Shown here one piece after another: positions 23,101-35,302 of a DNA stretch of 64,000 nt. The DNA lies in NCBI RefSeq assembly GCF_006345805.1, contig NC_043026.1, positions 3,038,001 to 3,102,000 on the forward strand, given 5' to 3'. Under the pieces are notes generated by a model. The model did no database searches and was not told the origin of the DNA. It saw only the letters and a program-made list of their open reading frames with translations. Both the position numbers and the translations under genes were made by a program. Within the stretch, counting starts at the first letter, position 1. Each line of letters starts with the position of its first letter. The stretch is from Octopus sinensis. Taxonomy: Eukaryota.

Positions 23101-23994
23101 CTCTTGTGCCTAAACCTATGGAGCAACATTGTCATCATGATTGGTATTGCCGCCAACATCATCATCATCATCATCATCATCATCATAGTCATTGTTATCA
23201 TCATTATCATCATCGTCATCGTTGTCGTCATCATCATGATTGTTATTGCCGCTAACATCATCATCATCATTCTTGTCATCCTTCTCATCGTTATCATTGT
23301 TGTTTTTATCGTCATTATCTTGTCATCACCATCATCATCATCATTATGAGAAGACCCAGATGCCCTGCCCCAGGGACAGATATGCTCTGACAATCACTTG
23401 ACTTGAAACAAATTAGGTTGTGTGTGGTAAGAAGCTGGTTTCCCAATTACATGGTTCCAGGGGGTGGGTGGTGCCAATCACATCAACCCCAGGGCCCAAC
23501 AAGTACTTCATTTTATTGACCCCTGAAAAGATGAAAACCAGCATCGGCCCCCAGCGGAATCTCAAATCAGGACTTAAAGATGAATGAAACAGTTACAATT
23601 ATGATAATAATAATGATTTCAAGTTTTGGCACAAAGCTAATTATAATTAGCGACATCATGATTATTATTGTCACTATCATCATCATTATCATCACCCCCT
23701 CCCCCTTGTCATCATCATTATTGATGTCATCATTGTTGTCATCGTCATCATCACCATCATCGTCATTATGAGAAGATTCAGATGCCCCACCCCAGGGACA
23801 GATATACTATGACAATGGCTTGAAACAAATTATGTGTGGGTGGTAAGAAGGTTGGTTCCCAAACACCTGGTTCCAGGTTCTGTCCCACTCCCTGGCACCT
23901 TCATTGTCTTCTAAGATAGCCTCGAGCCAATCAAAACCTTGTGAGTGGATTTGGTAGACAGAAACAGAAAGAAGTTTGTTGTGTGTGTGTATAT

Positions 23995-25432
23995 ATAGGT
24001 GCAGGAGTGGCTGTGGGGTAAGTAGCTTGCTTACCAACCACATGGTTCCGGGTTCAGTCACTGGGCAAGTGTCTTCTATTATAGCCTCAGGCTGACCAAA
24101 GCCTTGTGAGTAGATTTGGTAGACGGAAACTAAAAGAAGCCCGTCGTATATATATATGTGTGTGTGCGTGTATGTTTGTGTGTCTGTGTTTGTCCCCCTG
24201 GCACTGCTTGACAACCGATGCTGGTGTGTTTACATCCCCATCACTTAGTGGTTTGGCAAAATAGAATAAGTACTGGGCTTACAAAGAATAAGTCCCGGGG
24301 TCGAGTTGCTCGATTAAAGGTGGTGCTCCAGCATGGCCGCAGTCAAATGACTGAAACAAGTAAAAGAGTAAAAGAATATATATACATATACATATATTTA
24401 TGTGTGTGTGTGTGTCTTGTCTTTGTGTCTGCGTTTGTTCCGCTACCATTGCTTGACAACCGATGTTGGAATGTCTACATATTCATAACTTAGTTGTTCA
24501 GCAAAAGAGACCATTGGAATAAGTACAAGGCTTAAAAGAATAAGTCCTGGGGCTGATTTCGAAAAAAAACCCTTTAAGGTGGTGCTCCAGCATGGCTACA
24601 GTCAAATGACTGAAACAAGTAAAAGAATGAAAGAATATGTATATCTATGTGCGTGTGTGTGTGTGTGTGTGTCTGTCTCCCATCACCACTTGACAAGTGG
24701 CGTTGTATTTATGTTCCTGTAACTTAGCAGTTCAGCAAAAGGGATAGATAGAATAAGTAGCAGCCTTAAAAAATGAATAAACGGTTGATTCATTCAACTA
24801 AAAATTCTTCAAAGCAATGCCCCAGCATGGCCACAGTCTAATGACTGAAACAAGTAAAAAAATAAAGAATAGAAGATAAACAAACTCGTTTTTATGTGAC
24901 TTTACGTTTGTACTACTAACGAACTAAAATTAATTGTCATACCATTAAGTAACTAATTCTATAGTGTCTAATTAATAATTTGTGTGTGTTTATAAGAGTT
25001 ACACAACTAATTCCAATTATATGTATGAATGATAGGTGCAGGAGTGGCTGTGTGGTAAGTAGCTTGCTTACCAACCACATGGTTCCGGGTTCAGTCCCAC
25101 TGCGTGACACCTTGGGCAAGTGTCTTCTACTATAGCCTCAGGCCGGCCAAAGCCTTGTAAGTGGATTTGGTAGGTGGAAACTGAAAGAAGCCCGTCGTAT
25201 ATATGTATATATATATATGCGTGGGTCTGTTTGTGTGTCTGTGTTTGTCCCCCCAACATCGCTTGACAACCGATGCTGGTGTGTTTATGTCCCCTTAACT
25301 TAGTGGTTCAGCAAAAAAGACCAATAGAATAAGTACTAGGCTTACAAAGCATAAGTCCTGGGGTTGATTTGCTTGACTAAAGGCAGTTCTCCAGCATGGC
25401 CACAGTCAAATGACTGAAACAAGTAAAAGAGA
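23995..25432 (+). mobile_element. cluster of SINE family 1 copies (23995-24375, 24420-24640, 24660-24870, 25032-25432)
   Basis: Repeated heads, bodies and GAAACAAGTAAAAG tails. Confidence 0.8.
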
Positions 25433-25647
25433 GTATTTTAATACGTTTGTACTAGGCACGGCCATGTGTTAAGACGCTTGTTTCTCAGCCACATGGTACT
25501 GGGTTCAGTCTCACTGCATGGCACCTGGGGAAAGTGTCTTCTACTATAGCTTCAGGCTTCATGCCGAACAAAGCCTTGTGAATGGCTTTGGTAGATAAAA
25601 CCTGAAAAAGTCTGTTACATACATACATACATACACACATACATACA

Positions 25648-25682
<35 letters not shown>

Positions 25683-25988
25683 TTGTTTTGCCAGATTCTT
25701 GATGTGAAATTGTGTGTTGAAACAGATATTGTTTTATTTAGGGATGATCACTTTGTTAGTTTAGCCAATAAAAACACACGCACTATATATTTGGTGTTAA
25801 TTTGCTTCATGTTTATTTATTTTTTACATTAATCTCTATCTTATTTCGGCCCGCACACACTTAATAAACATAGACACACATAGAGGTATACGCATGCGCA
25901 AATAAAGACACATACAATAGAAATACAAAATACAAAATGGCTGAGCGTTAGTAAGGAGAGACACACAAATAAGAAAGAAGAAAGCAAA

Positions 25989-26033
25989 GGACCACTGATG
26001 AGGTCACAGGAGTGTGACGAAAGAACTCTGGCC
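25989..26033 (+). ncRNA. type I hammerhead ribozyme candidate (family C); predicted cleavage after 26028 (CUC)
   Basis: GGACCA-CTGATGA-G-GTCACA-GGAG-TGTGAC-GAAA-GAAC-TC-TGGCC: canonical core, 6-bp stem II, bulged 5-bp stem I. Confidence 0.75.
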
Positions 26034-26132
26034 GAAATAAGATTAAGATTAATAAAGATGAAGTAAATTAACACCAAATATATAGTGCGTGTGGTTTTAT
26101 TGGCTAAACTGGCAACATGACCATTTCCAAAT

Positions 26133-26173
<41 letters not shown>

Positions 26174-26331
26174 GAGTGGTTGTATACTGTCAACTTAACG
26201 TGACAGTCCTGTAAGGGAACTTCACCACCGCTTACAGGACTGTCACGTTAAGTTGACAGTATACAGCCACTCTATCGCCCCACAACCGTACATATCTCTA
26301 TGAGATATTTAGAAATTTAATATTTCTGATT

Positions 26332-26390
<59 letters not shown>

Positions 26391-26500
26391 GGCTTGCTCG
26401 CTTAGCCAGCGGGGTGGCGTCGTTCGAAGGCTAAAACAATGCGAACGCATTGTGTCCAGCGATGTGTAGCAACATCTGATGGTCTGGTCGGTCACATGAT

Positions 26501-26563
<63 letters not shown>

Positions 26564-26649
26564 CATATACATACATATATATAATTGAAAAAATTTGGTG
26601 TCAACATGAAGGAGTATGGTTGGACATTTACTTTCAATCACTACAATTG

Positions 26650-26980
26650 TTTCTATACAAACTTACAATCATCACACCACAACATAAATACATAGGAGCT
26701 GCCAAAAACCAATTCAAGATCCTTTATCGCAACCATATCTCCTTATTCTGAAAGATAATCTAGTGGCCTGCAACATCGCAAGTGGACCTAATATGGAGAT
26801 TAAAAGAAGGAAAAATACAATATGAAATAGAATGGTCAATAGTAAAAAAAGTGTCCACCCATATAATATATTATCTGGCGAATGTGACCTGTGCCTTGAA
26901 GAAGCCTCGTGCATTCTGTGGAGTGAAACAAACTTGGTAAAGAAGCAAACTGAGAAAATCCCAGCCTGTTGTCCCCCACC
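26650..26980 (+). pseudogene. Penelope-like element GIY-YIG endonuclease remnant
   Basis: KYIGAAKNQFKILYRNHISLF (YIG at 26689-26697), then LKEGKIQYEIEWSIVKK..YNILSGECDLCLEE, matching the PLE C-terminal W.I...Y....C.LC..E pattern. Confidence 0.75.
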
Positions 26981-27480
26981 CCCCATGCTACATTTGCATA
27001 TTCCAGATGCCAAACTGTAGAATAATAATAATAATAATAATTCAGTGAACTCTCTCTTTCTCTCCTTCTCTCCTTCTCTCCTTCTCTCCTTCTCTCCTTC
27101 TCTCCTTCTCTCCTTCTCTCCTTCTCTCCTTCTCCCCATCCATGTGTGTGTGTGTGTCTTGTATTTCTATATTTTCATGTGTCTGTTCACATGTTTAGTA
27201 TGCATGAATGTATGTATCTACGTATATCATCATCATCATCATCATCATCGTTTAACGTCCGTTTTCCGCGCTAGCACGGGTTGGACGGTTTCGACCGGGG
27301 TCTGGGGAGCTCGGGACTGCCCCAGGCTCCAGTCTAGTCTGGCAGTGTTTCTACAGCTGGACCCTTCCTAACGCCAACCACTCCGCGAGTGTAGTGGGTG
27401 TTTTTTACGTGCCACCTGCACAGGTGCCAGAGGGGTCTGGCATCGGCCACGTTCGGATGGTGCTTTTTTGGGGGGGGGGT

Positions 27481-28052
27481 GCAGAATATAGGGGAGCACC
27501 AGTGGGAGGGGTGGTCAGAGGACAGGTACTAGTCAAGTAGAACGTAGGATATCGAGAGAGGGGTAATGCATGGTGAAATAGCGTATTGAAGAGGGGGGTT
27601 CAAAGAGTAGACACCTATAATGGTGGTGGGGGTGCAGAAATATAGGGGAGCAGCGTATTGAAGAGGGGGGTTCAAAGAGTAGACACCTATAATGGTGGTG
27701 GGGGTGCAGAAATATAGGGGAGCACCAGTGGGAGGGGTGGGCACCAGTGGGAGGGGTGGTTTCAGAGGACAGGTTCTAGGCAAGTAGAACGTAGGATATC
27801 GAGAGAGGGGTAATGCATGGTGAAATAGCGTATTGAAGAGGGGGGTTCAAAGAGTAGACACCCATAATGGTGGTGGGGGGATGCAGAAATATAGGGGAGC
27901 ACCAGTGGAGGGGTGAGCACCAGTGGGAGGGGTGGTCCAGAGGACAGGTTCTAGGCAAGTAGAACGTAGGATATCGAGAGAGGGGTAATGCATGGTGAAA
28001 TAGCGTATTGAAGAGGGGGGTTCAAAGAGTAGACACCTATAATGGTGGTGGG
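27481..28052. repeat. GC-rich minisatellite with four related units starting at 27481, 27634, 27706 and 27883
   Basis: Unit GCAGAAATATAGGGGAGCACCAGTGGGAGGGGTGG...AGACACCTATAATGGTGGTGGGG with a variable 19-nt subrepeat. Confidence 0.9.
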
Positions 28053-28614
28053 AGAAAAACGACATCCGTATAGTTGGAGCAAAATAGATATCCGGTATTG
28101 GTGGTGGGGGTGGGTAGGGCGGGGCGCGCCGCGAAGAATCTGCAGCCAATTTCTATAAGGGAGATAGATCTTAAAATATCAATAACGATAACTAGTGAAT
28201 TATACAGAATATGCAAAACGAGGCGAGGCGAGGCTGAAATAGTAAACAGAGTGGCGACTAGGGGGATCAGAATAATAATAATTAATAAATATAATAATAA
28301 ATAGAGATACGGATGAATTAAAGTTCAAAGATTTCTTATCTTGAGATCACTTCGTTTACGGACAGACTTGGCAAAAGGAATTCGAATCAAGAATGAGGCA
28401 TTTTACTAGCTTAAGTATGCATAGCCATGGCGGGTGGTAGGAAGAGAGGAGTCCAGACAGACGACAATGTAACAAGAGGGGGAGAGAAGGAAGAGAAAAG
28501 AAAAACCCCGCGAAGAATCGGCAGCCAATTTCTATAAGGGAGATAGATCTTAAAATATCAATAACGATAACTAGTGAATTATACAGAATATGCAAAACAT
28601 ATATATATACACAC

Positions 28615-28645
<31 letters not shown>

Positions 28646-28777
28646 GTATATATACACACACATATATATATTTACACACACACCACACACATATATATAT
28701 CCCACACACACCACACACACCACACACACACACACACACATATATATATGTATATATACACACACATATATATATTT

Positions 28778-28840
<63 letters not shown>

Positions 28841-28969
28841 GATATTTACACACACACCACACATATATATATATATACAACACACAACACACACCACACA
28901 CATATATTATATATATATGTATAATATACCACACTATATATATTTACACACACACACACACATATATAT

Positions 28970-29015
<46 letters not shown>

Positions 29016-29112
29016 CACACACACACATGCATCTGTGTATGTATATGCATGCATATGTATATATGTACATATATTTGTATATGTGTATATATGTGAGTGC
29101 CATACATATCCA

Positions 29113-29143
<31 letters not shown>

Positions 29144-29609
29144 CTGAGCATTAGTATATATATATGGATGTGTATGTGTCCAACTGTCCTCCTTCCCGTT
29201 GACTCCAAATTTTTTCAATTATCTATTCATCCACTACAAAAGCCCAAACACAAACCTGGCAGTACGTATAATACTCCTACTGGATAGCACAGGGTGAAGT
29301 CTGAGGGCAGATTAGCTTTATGCTGTACTCTAGTACATTCTTAACAGAATATACCATAACTATAAGGCGGCAAGATGGCAGAAACATTAGCACACCGGGC
29401 GAACAGCTTAGTGGTATTTCGTCTCTCTTTGCATTCTGAGTTCAAATTCCACCAAGGTAGACTTTGGCTTTCATCCTTTTGGGGTCAATATATTAAGTAC
29501 CAGTTGTGTACTGGGATCAATCTAATTGACTGGGCCCTCCCACCAAAATTTCAGGCCTTGTGCCTAGAGTAGAAAAGAATATACCATAACTATATATATA
29601 TAATGAGTC

Positions 29610-30005
29610 ACCATGATAGATTGTTAGCCACTACACACATTTTTTCTCTCCTTGTTTCTTTCTGTGTCCCTTTCCGTAGAAGAGCATAGGCTCGAAACGT
29701 AAAAGACTTTTTCTATTCCTGAGCATTATACTAATACATCTGTTTGTTTTGTGCACCACCTGTCTTCGTCTTTTGTATTTTCATGAACATTCAAAATGTG
29801 ACCACGTGTGTACCGTTGGTGATTTTTTTTCCCTCCATCTTCCCTTCTCTGGATCTTTCCTTTTCCTATGTTTCTGATGAAGAGCCCTGCTCAAAACGTA
29901 AAAACCCCTCCTTCTTCCCTTCCTTCCTGAGCATCCATTAATACTATATTTGTTCCACGTCCTCGCGTTGCTGTGTTTTCTCTTTGTGTTTTCATGTTTG
30001 GATTA
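29610..30005 (+). mobile_element. pLTR-like composite with two tandem hammerhead-like motifs (29670-29704 and 29870-29904), between (TA)n tracts
   Basis: CTTT-CCGTAGA-A-GAGC-ATAG-GCTC-GAAA-CG-TA-AAAG and GTTT-CTGATGA-A-GAGC-CCT-GCTC-AAAA-CG-TA-AAA. Confidence 0.65.
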
Positions 30006-30423
30006 ACTATATATATATATATATCATCATCATCATCATCATTGTTTAACGTCCGTTCTCCATGCTAGCATGGGTTGGACGGTTCGACCAGGGATCTGGG
30101 AAGCCAGAAGGCTGCACCAGACTCCAGTCTTATCTGGCAATGTTTCTACAGCTGGATGCCCTTCCTAACGCCAACCACTCCGTGAGTGTAGTGGGTGCTT
30201 TTTACGTGCCACCTGCACAGGTGCCAGGCGAGGCTAGCAACGGCCAAGGCCAGATTGGTGTATTTTACGTGCCACTGGCACGGAGGCCAGTCAAGGCGGC
30301 GCTGGCATCGGCCACGAGTCGGATAGTGCTTTTTACGTACCACCAGACCAGGGATCCTGGCTGGTTCAATTCGATTTCACTTGCCCCAACATGTCTTCGC
30401 AAGCATATATGTATGTATGTATA

Positions 30424-30456
<33 letters not shown>

Positions 30457-31419
30457 GTGTATCATCATCATCATCATTTAGCATCCGCTTTCCATGCTGG
30501 CATGGGTTAGAGGGTTGGAGGGTTTGACTGGAACTGGTAAACTGGAGAGCTGCACCAGGTTCCAATCTGATTTGGCATGGTTTCTACAGCTGGATGCCCT
30601 TCGTAATTTCAACCACTCTGAGACCGTAATGGGTGCTTCTTATGTGCCCCCGGCACAGGTGCCATATGCATGATACCAACAACGGCCATGACTGCAATTT
30701 CAGAGGCACCATTTACACAACACTGGCAATGGCCACAACTTCAATTCCACTTGACTCAACAAGTCTTCTCAAATACTTCATGTCACCAAAGGTCTCTGTC
30801 ACCTGTTATCACCACCATGAGGCCTGATGGATACATCTAATCCAGTGGTATTCATAAAAAAATACTCCTTAAGTTTTTAGTCTTAGTAATTTCTATCAAT
30901 TTTATTATTATTGTCTTCCATATTTTTTAAGATTCTTTCTTTTAAATCAATATTTAAAAGAAAGAATCTTAAATCTGTGTTTTTGAAATGTGTCAAGTGA
31001 TTATTGTTCAACATGGATTTCTTCTCACCAGATGAGCTAGCTTAATATCGACCTTAATTTAAAGAGTGTTTATATTAATGCAAACAAGAAAATAATTCCC
31101 TTATAAAATATAATAAAGTGAATTATCTCTACATGCTTTAAGTTGCGAAACAATTGTTGTGATATAAGAATTTCCAATGATTAAATAAATTTTATCATAC
31201 TATGTTTCTCTTGTTATTCATAACTTTATATATAAGTGTGTGTGTTGTGTGTGTGTGTGTGTGTGTGTGAGTGCTTCCTTCCTAATTCATCTATCACCCC
31301 TTCCTTTCTCCTTCATATGTTGTGATGGGGAAAAACACAAGAGTATTATTGTAGTAGATTGTAGCTCCTAATATTTCTTTACATTGAGGCAGCAAGCTGT
31401 CAGAATCATTTGCAAGTAA

Positions 31420-31826
31420 TAGGCGTAGGAGTGCCTGTGTGGTAAGTAGCTTGCTAACCAACCACATGGTTCTGGGTTCAGTCCCACTGTGTGGCACCAT
31501 GGGCAAGTGCCTTCTGCTATAGCCTCAGGCTGACCAAAGCCTTGTGAGTGGATTTGATAGACGGAAACTGAAAAACACCTGTCGTATATATGAATGTAAA
31601 TATATATATATGTATGTGTGTATGTATACGTTTGTGTGTCTGTGTTTGTCCCCCCAACAACCCTTAGCAACCAATGCCAGTGTGTTTACATCCCCGTAAC
31701 TTAGCGGTTTGGCAAAAGAGACCGATAGAAGAAGTAGTATGCTTACAAAGAATAAGTCCTGAGGTTGATTTGCTCGACTAAAGGCAGTGCTCCAGCATGG
31801 CCACAGTCAAATGACTGAAACAAGTC
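31420..31826 (+). mobile_element. SINE family 1 whose tail runs into the octamer satellite
   Basis: Ends ATGACTGAAACAAGTCAAAGAGTG... Confidence 0.85.
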
Positions 31827-34660
31827 AAAGAGTGAGAGAGTGAAAGAGTGAAAGAGTGAAAGCGTGAAGAGTGAAAGAGTGAAGAGTGAAAGAGTGAAAG
31901 AGTGATGGAAAGAGTGAAAGCCACAGAGTGAAAGCTGAAGAGTGAAAGAGTGAGGAGAGGGAAAGAGTCAACAGAGTTCAGAGAGAGAGTGAAGACGAAG
32001 AGTGATAAAGAGAAGAGTAGAGGCAAGAAGAAGAGAGAGAGAAGAGTGAAAGAGTGAAAGAGTGAGAGAGGACAGAGTGCAGTGAAAGAGTGAAAGAGTG
32101 AAAGAGTGAGAGAGTGAAAGAGTGAAAGATTGAAAGAGTGAAAGAGTGAAAGAGTGAGAAAGAGTGAAAGAGTGAAAGAGTGAAGAGGTGAAAGAGGATG
32201 AGTGGAGAGTCAAGAGATGAAAGAGTGAGCAGAGTGAAAGAGTGAAAGAGTGAAGGAGGGAAGAGTGAAATGATGTGAAAGAGTGAAAGAGGTGAAGGAA
32301 AGTGAAAGAGTGAAAGCGTGAGAGAGTGAAAGAGTGAAAGAGTGAAAGAGTTAAAGAGTGGAAGAGTGAAAGAGTGAAAGAGTGACAAGAGTGAGAAAGG
32401 AGTGAAAGAGTGAAAGAGTGAAAGGTGTGAAAGAGTGAGAAGAGTGGAAAGAGTGAAAGAGTGAAAGAGTGAAGAGTGAAAGGAAAGAGTGAAGAGTTGA
32501 AAGAGTGAGAGAGTGAAAGAGTGAGAGAGTGAAAGGTGAAAGAGTGAAAGAAGTGTAAAGAGTGAAAGAGTGAAAGAGTGAGCGAGTGAAGAGTGAAAGA
32601 GTGAAAGAGTGAAAGAGTCAAAGAGTAAAATGCGTGTGAAAGTGAAAGAGACGATTGTGAGAAAGTGAAAGAGTTGAAAGAGTGAAGAGTGTGAAAGAGA
32701 GTGGAGAGAGAGAGTGAAAGAGTAAGAGTGAAAGAGTGAAAGAGTGAAAGAGTGAAAGAGGGAAGAGGTGAAGAGTGTGAAAGAGTTGAGATGATGAAGA
32801 GTGAAAGAGTCAAAGAGTGAAAGAGTGAGAGAGAAAGTGAAGAGTGAAAGAGGGAAAAGAGTGAAGAGTGTAGAATGAAAGTGGAAAGATCGTGAAAGAG
32901 TGAAAGAGTGACGAGAGAAAAGTGAAAGAGTGAAAGAGTGAAAGAGTGAGAGAGTGAAAGAGTGAAAGAGTGAGAGAGTGAAGAGTGAAATGAAAGAGTG
33001 AAAGAGTGAGAGAGTGAAAGAGTGAGAGAGTGAAAGAGATGAGTGAAAGAGTGAAAGCGTGTTGAAAGAGTGAAAGAGTGAAAGAGTGAAAGAGTGAGAA
33101 GAGTGAAAGAGTGAGAGAGTGAAAGAGTGAAAGAGTGAAAGAGTCAAAGAGTGAAAGCGTGAAAGAGTCAAAGAGTGAAAGAGTGAGAAAGTGAAAGAGT
33201 GAAAGAGTGAAAGAGTGAGAGAGTGAAAGAGTGAAAGAGTGAAAGAGTGATAGAGTGAAAGAGTGAAAGAGTCAAAGAGTGAGAGAGTGAAAGAGTGAAA
33301 GAGTGAAAGAGTGAGAGAGTGAAAGAGTGAAAGAGTGAAAGAGTGAAAGAGTGAGAGAGTGAAAGAGTGAAAGAGTGAAAGCGTGAAAGAGTCAAAGAGT
33401 AAAAGATAAAGTGAGAGTGAAAGATGAAAGAGTGAGAGAGTGAAAGAGTGAAAGAGTGAGAGAGTTGAAAGAGTGAAAGAGTGAAAGAGTTGAGAGAGTG
33501 AAGAGTGAGAGAGTGAAAGAGTGAAAGAGGGAAAGCGTGAAAGAGTCAAAGATGAAAGAGTGAGAAAGTGAAAGAGTGAAAGAGTGAGAGAGTGAAAGAT
33601 TGAAAGAGTGAAAGAGTCAGAGTGAAAGCGTGAAAGAGTCAAAGAGTGAAAGAGTGAGAAAGTGAAAGAGTGAAAGAGTGAAAGAGTGAAAGAGTGAGAG
33701 AGTGAAAGAGTGAAAGAGTGAAAGAGTGATAGAGTGAAAGAGTCAAAGAGTCAAAGAGTGAGAGAGTGAAAGAGTGAAAGAGTGAAAGAGTGAGAGAGTG
33801 AAAGAGTGAAAGAGTGAAAGAGTGAAAGAGTGAGAGAGTGAAAGAGTGAAAGAGTGAGAAAGTGAAAGAGTGAAAGAGTGAAAGAGTGAGAGAGTGAAAG
33901 AGTGAAAGAGTGAAAGAGTGAGAGAGTGAAAGCGTGAAAGAGTCAAAGAGTGAAAGAGTGAAAGAGTCAAAGAGTGAAAGAGTGAGAAAGTGAAAGAGTG
34001 AAAGAGTGAAAGAGTGAAAGAGTGAGAGAGTGAAAGAGTGAAAGAGTGAAAGAGTCAAAGAGTGAAAGCGTGAAAGAGTCAAAGAGTGAAAGAGTGAGAA
34101 AGTGAAAGAGTGAAAGAGTGAAAGAGTGAAAGAGTGAGAGAGTGAAAGAGTGAAAGAGTGAAAGAGTGAGAGAGTGAAAGAGTGAAAGAGTGAAAGAGTG
34201 AGAGAGTGAAAGAGTGAAAGAGTGAGAGAGTGAAAGAGTGAAAGAGTGAAAGAGTGAGAGAGTGAAAGAGTGAGAGAGTGAAAGAGTGAAAGAGTGAAAG
34301 AGTGAGAGAGTGAGAGAGTGAAAGAGTGAAAGAGTGAAAGCGTGAAAGAGTCAAAGAGTGAAAGAGTGAGAAAGTGAAAGAGTGAAAGAGTGAAAGAGTG
34401 AGAGAGTGAAAGAGTGAAAGAGTGAAAGAGTGAAAGAGTGAGAGAGTGAAAGAGTGAAAGAGTGAGAGAGTGAAAGAGTGAAAGAGTGAAAGAGTGAGAG
34501 AGTGAAAGAGTGAAAGAGTGAGAGAGTGAAAGAGTGAGAGAGTGAAAGAGTGAAAGAGTGAGAGAGTGAAAGAGTGAAAGAGTGAAAGAGTGAGAGAGTG
34601 AAAGAGTGAAAGAGTCAAAGAGTCAAAGAGTGAAAGAGTGAAAGAGTCAAAGAGTCAAAA
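31827..34660. repeat. about 2.8-kb (AAAGAGTG)n octamer satellite
   Basis: Direct reading; variants AGAGAGTG, AAAGAGTC, AAAGCGTG. Confidence 0.95.
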
Positions 34661-35302
34661 TGCTCATCTGCATTGCGTCCAGCTTTATATTCTGCATTCA
34701 AATTGCCCTGTGGTTGTCTTTGCCTTTCATCCTTTCAGTGTTCAATAAAATAAGTACCAGTTGTATACTGGGGTTGATGCAATAGACTTGCCTCCTCCCT
34801 GAAATTGTTGGCCATGTGCCAAAATTTGAGATCAGTCTATCCTTACATGTAGAGTCAGTTGTTTGAGTATATTTTGTGCAACTATTATCCCTCTGGATAT
34901 CGGGAAGATTTTGAGTTGCTATGAAACTGTGAATGTGTAGCACATTGCTTCTTCTGGCCTAACATATATTATTTTAAGAGTGGGACCATGGATTTAGTAT
35001 GCAGACACTTCACTACCCTCACAAAAAAAACTCACATACATGCACACAAAATCAATTTTCTTTTAAAATATTGTTTAGTAAATCAATGATGAGAGATTGT
35101 TTAGAATGTGTAGCTTCAGTAGTTTCTGAGAATCAGCAGTGCCGATCGCTTGACCTACCGGCAAATGCAGACAAATCTCCCTCGAATAACATCCTACAAT
35201 CTTAAAATAGAAACACATTGCATAAAGGTTTCAAATTTTGACACAAGGCCAGGAATTTTAAGGGTGAGGGTAAACTGGTTACATTGACCCACACTGCTCA
35301 AC

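Noticed and set aside
31968-34618. 554-aa and other SLFHSFTL-repeat ORFs
   Set aside because: Translation of the octamer satellite.
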